The notes beneath the pieces are model-generated. The model was not told the DNA's origin, searched no databases, and was given only the letters and a program-made list of their open reading frames with translations. From positions 1-38,759 of the IMG/VR virus record IMGVR_UViG_3300038956_000256: 38,759 nucleotides of DNA, one strand, 5' to 3'. The position numbers and the translations under genes were made by a program. Shown piece after piece: positions 31,718 through 38,759 of the stretch. Position 1 is the stretch's first letter; each line of letters starts with the position of its first letter. Origin of the DNA: a virus.

Positions 31718-32977
31718 TTATTCCCTCCTGAAAATTTGGAACTCTCCAGCAGCCTTTTTTATTGTTGTGAGCTGGTCATCTTTGCATGTAATAAATACCT
31801 TGCAGGGCTTACCGAATCGGTCTCCCTCTCCAGTCACATTATAATAATTTCTGAAATTCCCGTCGAATATGTTGTCAATCGACTTGACCGTATATTTATC
31901 CGGTATCAAATTCGCGATAGCAGCACCGGACCCCGGGCCTACTGTTACGCTTTTCTGAGTATCTTTAAACAGGTTGTTTCTTAGCTCTGCTTTGTAGCCT
32001 TTCCCGGCTGAGACAGCACCAGAAACATAAGGACCGAAAACAACGCCGTAACCTTTGCAGGAATGGAATGTATTATCGAGGATCTGTATGTCGTTCCAGC
32101 CGTCTATCGTAAGACCGCCGACGCCCGAAATATGTTTCATATTTCCACAATTGTAAAACGTATTTTTTCTGATTGTGATTTTAGAAGCTGCATTTACCGA
32201 CGGGTTAAGCCTGCTTATTATCCATATTGCAGGCCCGTAGGTCCCCTCGAAATAGTTATTTTCGACCAGGATGTTAGACGACGTTAACGAGGTATGCGAG
32301 ACTTCAAACTGGAAGCCAGGAGAGGAGGCCAGGCCGCCGACTTTGTTATATGTCTGGTTGCCGTGGACGTGCCCGTTATGAACATGCCTTAGTCTTATCG
32401 CGCTGTTTGTCCTGAGCTCGGTATAATTACCCCAGGCTTCGACGTCCGAGCCTCCATCTACGTAAAGCCCATCGTGCCCGCACTCAATAACCATATTATT
32501 ATAATATCTCACCCCTTTACAATTTGTGAGCCTGGCAGCGTCTCCGAGTGTCTTTTTTACAGAAATCCCGCGAATAGTTATATTTGCACCGTTTTTTAAC
32601 CCTATAAAATTATGATAACCCTGTCCGGTCCTAGTAGGGGAAGCCGTCCCGCTGTGTCCTCGCCAGGTTGGGGTCGCATCTTGGTTCTTGTCATTACCAA
32701 AAAACCCGATATTTTCGATAGTAATGTCTCTTATGGTGCTGTTTTTCTGTCCGAATATGGGGACCATTTTCTTAAACACGTTAGGGTTTACATTATCCTT
32801 TAGAGTAATTAGGACGTTTTTTTCTGCTGTGATTATAGTCCCATCATTCAATTTTATAGGAGTATCCACCGTATACTTGCCCTCAGTAAACAAAACCCTG
32901 TTATATCGTTGACCGCTCCCGATTTTATCGAATGTGCTCTGTCTAAGCGTCCCTTCACTTAAAATTAGTGTCTCCAT
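31718..32977 (-). CDS. Disaggregatase-like beta-helix protein without a signal peptide, candidate endolysin/depolymerase
   Basis: GQGYHNFI, LGDAARL, CGHDGLY, RTNSAIRL, SSPGFQFE and TYGPAIWII match the recalled Methanosarcina disaggregatase-related pattern. Confidence 0.7.
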   Translation of the reverse strand: METLILSEGTLRQSTFDKIGSGQRYNRVLFTEGKYTVDTPIKLNDGTIITAEKNVLITLKDNVNPNVFKKMVPIFGQKNSTIRDITIENIGFFGNDKNQDATPTWRGHSGTASPTRTGQGYHNFIGLKNGANITIRGISVKKTLGDAARLTNCKGVRYYNNMVIECGHDGLYVDGGSDVEAWGNYTELRTNSAIRLRHVHNGHVHGNQTYNKVGGLASSPGFQFEVSHTSLTSSNILVENNYFEGTYGPAIWIISRLNPSVNAASKITIRKNTFYNCGNMKHISGVGGLTIDGWNDIQILDNTFHSCKGYGVVFGPYVSGAVSAGKGYKAELRNNLFKDTQKSVTVGPGSGAAIANLIPDKYTVKSIDNIFDGNFRNYYNVTGEGDRFGKPCKVFITCKDDQLTTIKKAAGEFQIFRRE

Positions 32978-33179
32978 TTTTTCGCGCCTCGGATTCTAAG
33001 GAAGGAAGAAAAAAAACAACCCATTAAACAAAGAGTTATTATAGATCCAATAGTATAATAGGCTTATTATTCATCTATAATTTATAAAAAGAAGAAATAA
33101 AATTACACGTCTATGATATAAAAATCTTGAGTGGGATAGACAACATATAAAAAAAGAAAATAAGCTTAACTTGAAAAAG

Positions 33180-33584
33180 TTAAGCTTTGACAGTTCGGAC
33201 CAGGAAAGAAACTGTGTTCGGTCGAAGTACATACATTTTATTTACTGCTTCGACGATCTCGTACTCCTTCGCGCCTAATGCCTTCATTTCCTTAATTTTT
33301 TCAATCACTTTTGAAGGGACTGTATAATAAGCGCTTACGTCCTTTCTGTGCCCCTGGACATCTCCTTCTATGAGCTCGACCTTTTTGTCTTTCAGGAGCA
33401 GAGTAACCGTCTCGGCTATCGTGTCATAATAGCTTTTCGGTATCTGGATCGCTTCAAGCTTAGGGCACATATCAAGGATATGATGTACATCTTTATAATT
33501 CGGTCTAAAGGCACAATGGACAATACGCTCGTCTGCGCTGAGTTCGCCTATCTCTTCTTTCGTGCTTATTACTCGTATTTGCAT
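33180..33584 (-). CDS. DUF1699 family protein
   Basis: MQIRVISTKEEI...ERIVHCAFRP...CPKLEAIQIPKSY...LIEGDVQGHRKD signature. Confidence 0.9.
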   Translation of the reverse strand: MQIRVISTKEEIGELSADERIVHCAFRPNYKDVHHILDMCPKLEAIQIPKSYYDTIAETVTLLLKDKKVELIEGDVQGHRKDVSAYYTVPSKVIEKIKEMKALGAKEYEIVEAVNKMYVLRPNTVSFLVRTVKA

Positions 33585-33830
33585 TTAGTATCTCATCTCT
33601 ACAAGTCTTTTTTCAATCGGGGGAAAACTCAATTTTTTATTATGTGATTATTATCTTTTTTAACTATAAAAATATTTTCAATAATGGGCAACTTCTTCAT
33701 TTAATTGGTTGGGTTTCGGAGCAATTAAGGGCTAATCCCCGCCATTTCAATGGTGGGATACAGCCCGTCAACTTCCTAACATAATAGCGTTAAATTAATA
33801 TACACATGGTTACCATATGTATATACTAGC

Positions 33831-34244
33831 ATGGTAGGAAAAGAACATTGGATAAGTGCAAGAGGTTGTGTATATAACACAAATTACCATTTCGTATGGT
33901 CTACAAAATATAGAAGAAAAGTCCTTACTGGAAAAATAGCTGAAGACTTGAAAGAGCTTCACGAAAAGATAGCAAAAGAAAAAGGTGTAACTCTTGTCAC
34001 TCAAGAAGTAATGCCTGATCATGTGCATCTTTTTATAATCATGCATCCAAAGTTTGCACCTGCTGATATTGTGAAAATATTCAAAGGAATTACTGCAAAG
34101 AAACTCTTTGAAATACACCCGGAAATCAGAAGTAGATTATGGAATGGGCATCTCTGGAATCCTTCTTATTTTGTTGGAACTTGTGGAGATACAACAAAAG
34201 AAACTGTAAAAATGTATATTGAAACTCAAAAGGTGAAATTGTGA
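33831..34244 (+). CDS. tnpA: IS200/IS605 Y1 HUH transposase
   Basis: YHFVWSTKYRRKVL, MPDHVHLF (HUH), LWNPSYFVGT, MYIETQ (catalytic Tyr). Confidence 0.97.
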   Translation: MVGKEHWISARGCVYNTNYHFVWSTKYRRKVLTGKIAEDLKELHEKIAKEKGVTLVTQEVMPDHVHLFIIMHPKFAPADIVKIFKGITAKKLFEIHPEIRSRLWNGHLWNPSYFVGTCGDTTKETVKMYIETQKVKL

Positions 34245-34390
34245 CTAGATTAGTATGCCGTAGATGTGCCTCTGATATTCTGAATTGGAACGGGGTACAT
34301 TGTCCGTTTTGTGGTAGAAAGTTGGAAAGAATTGATAATGAGGATTATTGGGATAAAATTGGAAAGGTGAAGCAGAGTGTCAGAAATTAA
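34241..34390 (+). CDS. 49-aa zinc-ribbon protein translationally coupled to tnpA (not in the ORF track)
   Basis: AGGTGA RBS, GTGA overlap; MTRLVCRRCASDILNWNGVHCPFCGRKLERIDNEDYW. Confidence 0.7.
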   Translation: MTRLVCRRCASDILNWNGVHCPFCGRKLERIDNEDYWDKIGKVKQSVRN

Positions 34391-34562
34391 TACTTCTGAA
34401 ATTTAATTATTCAATATTTTATTCATTTTAGTAAACATAAATTTTATTCTAAGGCTTTTAGAGCGCATTTCTCGACTAGTCTAAGGCGTTTATACCTGTT
34501 AGCATGAGATCGTTTGATGAGCACGGCGAAAAGTGCCTCTAATCCTACCAGAAAAGGGTCTT

Positions 34563-36050
34563 TTATTTCCCTACTACTCCCCAGTATTGGCCCTTTTTGT
34601 CGTGGACCGCGATAATATGATCGCCGGGTTTAGCGTTCTGTGCAAGCTTAAGCAGGTAATACTTTCTTGAGTGTGCAGGATAAATTAAGCACCGCTCGCC
34701 GACCTCGGGCTTTTTGAAAGGATATAAAATATATTTGTACTTCCCTCCCTCAGAAGGCAGGACCAGGCCCCAGTCTCCAGGCTGCACCCCTTCCGACTCG
34801 GTTGGTTCCAGCTGGTCGATTACGCTGGGAGCTGCTGCATACATCCCCATACGGCTGTATACCCGGATAGCATCAGTATATACGATATTCCCATAGTAAT
34901 CCCCGCTAGCATTGCCATCGAGACCGTTTCCAGTTGCCAGGATCGTCGTATTATACCCGCTCGGGCATACCATCCCGTAACCCGTCCAGGCAGGTTTCGA
35001 GCTATTAAGGGTAATTTTTGTGCCTGTGATTACGTTATCCTTTACATATAGTGTAGTTGGAGCCCCCGCAGAAGTATATACGAGAAATCCGGCGTTATAG
35101 CAATTTTCTATAATGTTCCTTTCAAATGTTGCACCATTCCAGCCGCCGATCGCGATACCTGCGTTATAATTAATTGTAGTAATCCTTCCGCAGCCTCTTA
35201 TAATGTTATCGTGTACGTATAAACCCTTATTTGATTGATTTGAGCCTGTACCATACTCGATTATCCACATCCCTTCCCCCCAGGCGTTAACTATCTCGTT
35301 ACCGTAGACCTCAATATTTGACATATCATACGTATCATCGCTGTGCTCGATTTGTATGCCAGGATTCCCAGCCAGGGAATTTAAAGCGTAAGGCTCCATG
35401 TAATTATTAAAAATCTTGCCATGCCCAGTATTATAAATTCGGTGTGCGCTGTTGGTTCTTATTTTTGTTACATTCCCGAAAATCATAAAGTTTGAGGACC
35501 TTAGAAAGAAACAACCATCGTGACCCATACGCTCTACTCTGTTATTAAAAAAGTATAGATTGTTGCTATTTGACATCCTCATGCCGTCGCTTTGCCCATC
35601 GTGTAGATACATGTCGTGCATAGAAATATTTGTGGCATTCGTGAAAAACATTATAATGTAATTTAGTTTTCCGTGGACGTATCCGGGTTGGTTGTCCTTG
35701 TTTGCGTCAATTTCGAAGTTATGTACCTCGACGTTTCGGATAGGGTTTACTCTCTGTTTAATAAGCGGCTCTGTGCCAGGGTCTTCCGTTGTGTAGATGT
35801 TCGCCCAGCCTGCGTTATTTTTCAGCCTGAGTTTTGCGGTTGGGTCGCCTGTAAGGATTGTATTGTTTCCTACTAGCAGCCATGAAGAAAGCTCATAAGT
35901 AAAAGGCCCTCGAAGATAAACCGTCACCGGGCTGGTATCTGTCCCGTTATTTGCCGCAAATTCGAGAGCCTGGTTAATTTCGATGTCGTCGGCTGTTCCG
36001 TCTACGGTGTATTCATCAGTTCCCAGGCTCGAAACGTAAACCGTAGTCAT
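34563..36050 (-). CDS. Disaggregatase-like beta-helix protein, candidate tailspike/depolymerase
   Basis: TVYV...DGTADDIEINQALEF...VYLRGPFTY...MHDMYLHDGQSDG...MGHDG...RTNSAHRI...AGNPGIQIE; coupled to the tail gene. Confidence 0.8.
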   Translation of the reverse strand: MTTVYVSSLGTDEYTVDGTADDIEINQALEFAANNGTDTSPVTVYLRGPFTYELSSWLLVGNNTILTGDPTAKLRLKNNAGWANIYTTEDPGTEPLIKQRVNPIRNVEVHNFEIDANKDNQPGYVHGKLNYIIMFFTNATNISMHDMYLHDGQSDGMRMSNSNNLYFFNNRVERMGHDGCFFLRSSNFMIFGNVTKIRTNSAHRIYNTGHGKIFNNYMEPYALNSLAGNPGIQIEHSDDTYDMSNIEVYGNEIVNAWGEGMWIIEYGTGSNQSNKGLYVHDNIIRGCGRITTINYNAGIAIGGWNGATFERNIIENCYNAGFLVYTSAGAPTTLYVKDNVITGTKITLNSSKPAWTGYGMVCPSGYNTTILATGNGLDGNASGDYYGNIVYTDAIRVYSRMGMYAAAPSVIDQLEPTESEGVQPGDWGLVLPSEGGKYKYILYPFKKPEVGERCLIYPAHSRKYYLLKLAQNAKPGDHIIAVHDKKGQYWGVVGK

Positions 36051-38758
36051 GCTAGGGACACCGTTACTATTTTTCCGCTTGCTGTTTGCACTACTGCGGT
36101 ATTATTTTCCTCGTTTATGCTCAGGACCGTGCAGCTCTCAGGGGTTAGCTGTTTTTCTAACTTATCCTCTACTATCGACTGTGTTGTATCCACAAGGTCA
36201 TTTATTACAGGTTTATAGTATCCAGGGCTCAGGTACTCGTTATACGGCTCAGGGACTATTGGGTCAACTACAGAATATATATTATCTGTGATTGCAGTGA
36301 CAGTTACCGTTTCTAGTTTATGCTCACTATGATATTTTATGTCAGAAATCCGCAGCCATGCCGGGCGGGGGACCCCCGAGACATCTATAAGGTGAGTAGA
36401 GTTCTCAATGTCTCTAGGATCGCAGGCTGCGACTTGCTGAACCTGTGTTGAGCTGGTAAGCTCTTGCAGCTTGTTTGAAAATCCCGGTCCAAACCGGATT
36501 CTCTGATACAGCTCCAGGTCGAATCGGTCCACAAAAGACATAGTAACCTTTACCCGCTTAGAAAGGAAATAAAGCAGCCATTTTATAGCCTCGCGCTCTG
36601 CTGTGCTGCCTTTTTCAGTGATCGCGTTATCTTCAATAATATATACTTTCGGTTTTTGTTCTCCTGTATAAACTTCATAAGAAAACGCCTGAGCGACTAC
36701 GGTTTCCCCGTTCTCGCTAAGGACTCCATACACTATAACAGAATTATACTTCTCTTCGCTTTCGTTTGTGACCTGTGGATCGCTAATAAGCTTACTAGTA
36801 TCAGCATCAAGGATTAAGGGGGCAGGAAGGTCAAAGCCGTTAACGGGCTCGTCAATCCGTTCTGGAGGCACAAAATAAAACTCGGGTCTTGTGATTATAT
36901 GCCCATCGATTTCTCTTGTTATGAGTTTCGTCTGATACATACATCTCGCATACTCAGCGAGTTTCCGAATAGCCTCTAATCGATTACTTTTTGGATCAAA
37001 AATAAATTGCCTTGGTTCCACATGAACATTAATAATAGTGTTCGGATAAACCCCTGTTTTTTCTGGTTCTAATAACCTGATTATCCAGGTCTGAATAGAA
37101 TCTACTTCGGTGTCTATAACTTGATAGTTCCACGGGATCGGCTGAGTTACTAGGTTTATACTGTCATCCGCCGCGTGCATTTTCACGGTTTGGGAATAAT
37201 GTCCATGTGTCGGGCTGTTGGTTAAAATTTTGCCGTGAAATATCAAATGTGGGTTGCCATGCGAGTCATATGCAATATGTTTTATCGTGCTGCCTTCGGG
37301 CGGTACTGTGAGGTTTTGAAACTCGGTCGAGAGCTGCATATAAGCGTCATTAATGGACCTGTTAACCTCGCAGGATACAATAGCATAATCGCCAAGCTCT
37401 CGACGCTCCTTAAATGTCGGCTCTCCTGGGGCCATCCCCATAAAAGACGAGGGTGTCTTAATGTATTCATAATAAATCTGTGGAGTCTTCCACTGTGGGC
37501 GGTGGGTGATCTGGAGAGGAGGAATAATTTCGATACTTGTTTCGGTCGTGGTCTCGTAATACACTGCTCCTGTTTTCCTTGTCAGCTTCCCGAGAGTCCC
37601 TGTTATGCTGGTAATTTTGCGGACCCTTACCCAATCGACGACTAGATTACCTTTATTTACGGTACTGTAAAACGAAATCGGGATAGATCCAGAAGGGGTT
37701 GTTTCGGTCATGGTTCGACGGTGATTGTCATCCACGAAAAAACCAACACTACCAGCCTCGTAAGATATTCCATATTTGTAGAATGTTGTACCGCCTCTAT
37801 TTATTCCGTCGTCTCTAATTGTAGAGTTAGAACCGTTATGAGTATGTGTATGATCATTGTAATTTGTCCCCGAAGCCCCTAACCAGCAGGCCCGCTGATT
37901 AGATGCAGACCAGAACCCGCAAATGGTCTGGTTTTGGTTCGGGTGGTACATCCTCATTTCTAATATATGCCCTGGTCCAAACGCTGAGGATCCTCGGATT
38001 AAACTATTACGTTCCGTACTTCCTAATATCAGAGTTGAGTTTGCAACTGAGGCCGTCCCTCCTTCTAGAGTCCACTCAGACCCAAGAGTAGACCCTTCGA
38101 AATCATCCCACAGGTCGAAAACATCCGATGCAGAACTTTCAGAGGTAGCAAGACCGTTGCCGAAAACCATTATAATTTTATCGTGACTCGCTGGAAGCTT
38201 GACCCATACCAAAAATGTCGAGGATGTAATGGTTTCTAAGAAGTACGATAGCTTATTCCCTGCCAGGTCATAAAATCTTAAATCTCTGCCGTCTGCTGTC
38301 ATGCCTGGACGGTATGGAATAGAGAGGAGGATCTGCTCGCCTCCGGTAGCCGTAGCCGAGAGGTTTATTTCCTGCTGATATTTCCAGCCTGGGAACTGCC
38401 AGACGTCGTCCTCTCCGCCTATATGGGGGGTTACGGTTACGATCGTTTCTGTATCAGGGACGCCCACAATTCCAGAGTTGCTTTTCGATTCAGCAACCCC
38501 GTTACCGTAATAAAAATCTATTATACGAGTTCCTGCAGGGATCTCGACCCAGCAGTCCAGGAAGTCGAGCCCAGTATCAAAAATATTAAAATTAAGGTCG
38601 TTCCCTGCTCTGTCCGTGAATCTCAGATCTCGCCCGTCGAGGGCCATGCCTGGGAGGATAGGGAGCCGGACCCGTGCCGGGCTCTCCTGTTCTCCAAGTT
38701 CTATTTCTCCTTTGTATTTCCAGCGAGGATAAGGACTTCTGAGCTGGGGGCTATAGAA
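36047..38758 (-). CDS. Tail/baseplate hub-like protein with two DUF2341 domains and a ConA-like domain (5' end outside the window)
   Basis: Frame open to the window edge; WKY..EI.L...PGM..DGRDLRF.D repeated twice; C-terminal VSCEVNRSI...IFHGKIL...YNSVIVYG hub-like region. Confidence 0.7.
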   Translation of the reverse strand, partial: FYSPQLRSPYPRWKYKGEIELGEQESPARVRLPILPGMALDGRDLRFTDRAGNDLNFNIFDTGLDFLDCWVEIPAGTRIIDFYYGNGVAESKSNSGIVGVPDTETIVTVTPHIGGEDDVWQFPGWKYQQEINLSATATGGEQILLSIPYRPGMTADGRDLRFYDLAGNKLSYFLETITSSTFLVWVKLPASHDKIIMVFGNGLATSESSASDVFDLWDDFEGSTLGSEWTLEGGTASVANSTLILGSTERNSLIRGSSAFGPGHILEMRMYHPNQNQTICGFWSASNQRACWLGASGTNYNDHTHTHNGSNSTIRDDGINRGGTTFYKYGISYEAGSVGFFVDDNHRRTMTETTPSGSIPISFYSTVNKGNLVVDWVRVRKITSITGTLGKLTRKTGAVYYETTTETSIEIIPPLQITHRPQWKTPQIYYEYIKTPSSFMGMAPGEPTFKERRELGDYAIVSCEVNRSINDAYMQLSTEFQNLTVPPEGSTIKHIAYDSHGNPHLIFHGKILTNSPTHGHYSQTVKMHAADDSINLVTQPIPWNYQVIDTEVDSIQTWIIRLLEPEKTGVYPNTIINVHVEPRQFIFDPKSNRLEAIRKLAEYARCMYQTKLITREIDGHIITRPEFYFVPPERIDEPVNGFDLPAPLILDADTSKLISDPQVTNESEEKYNSVIVYGVLSENGETVVAQAFSYEVYTGEQKPKVYIIEDNAITEKGSTAEREAIKWLLYFLSKRVKVTMSFVDRFDLELYQRIRFGPGFSNKLQELTSSTQVQQVAACDPRDIENSTHLIDVSGVPRPAWLRISDIKYHSEHKLETVTVTAITDNIYSVVDPIVPEPYNEYLSPGYYKPVINDLVDTTQSIVEDKLEKQLTPESCTVLSINEENNTAVVQTASGKIVTVSLA

Positions 38759-38759
38759 A

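Larger units (their letters stand above)
33729..34390 (+). mobile_element. IS200/IS605-family element: end hairpin, tnpA and a small zinc-ribbon gene; no tnpB; distal end not found
   Basis: Hairpin GGGCT-a-ATCCC-c-GCCAT-ttca-ATGGT-GGGAT-ac-AGCCC (33729-33766) followed by GTCAAC, upstream of tnpA. Confidence 0.65.
375..38759. mobile_element. Archaeal (probably Methanosarcina) head-tail virus/provirus or virus-plasmid hybrid; boundaries not resolved, continues past the right edge
   Basis: Terminase, portal, gp7/MuF-like head protein, tail-hub-like protein, MCM, tyrosine recombinase, VirB4 module and many small ORFs; archaeal promoters; DUF1699, PKD and disaggregatase-like families typical of Methanosarcina. 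Confidence 0.8.

Noticed and set aside
34514-34538. TTGATGAG...CGAAA resembling a hammerhead ribozyme core
   Set aside because: The conserved C of CUGANGA is missing, stem II is only 2 bp and stems I/III were not found; a simple GCAC/GTGC hairpin explains it
158-38186. Many 60-136 aa ORFs in the track that overlap longer genes on the opposite strand or another frame (e.g. 158-349, 7240-7503, 12142-12525, 25436-25735, 33810-34118, 37235-37645)
   Set aside because: Shadow ORFs without RBS or recognisable motifs, lying over well-supported genes
36047-38758. Diversity-generating retroelement acting on the tail or fibre genes
   Set aside because: No reverse transcriptase and no TR/VR pair differing only at adenines seen; the DUF2341 duplication is diverged at protein level

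Overview
This looks like part of a large archaeal mobile element, most likely a head-tail virus (Caudoviricetes) or virus/plasmid hybrid of Methanosarcina. Host clues are DUF1699, PKD and disaggregatase-like beta-helix proteins, archaeal BRE/TATA promoters, an MCM helicase and an archaeal-type tRNA-Gln. Layout from left to right: the 3' end of a C5-cytosine methyltransferase and a truncated restriction-endonuclease stub (1-250); small early-type genes behind three copies of one promoter, including a Csx20-like candidate ring nuclease (0.9-5.2 kb); a minimal T4SS/conjugation-like operon (VirB2-, VirB6-, VirB3- and VirB4-like) with a secreted beta-helix protein (5.3-13.7 kb); a catalytic-domain-only tyrosine recombinase; head and packaging genes (gp7/MuF-like, GH16-PKD, LamG fibre, portal, terminase large subunit); a replication module (MCM, RHH proteins, a 25-bp-period palindrome array, a 36-bp perfect palindrome); tRNA-Gln(UUG) with a tRNA-like mini-RNA; a divergent RHH switch; a candidate lysis cassette; an IS200-family tnpA; and tail/baseplate genes cut by the right edge. 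No major capsid protein, relaxase, CRISPR array or reverse transcriptase is recognisable in the window. All family assignments come from motifs recognised by eye, not from database searches.
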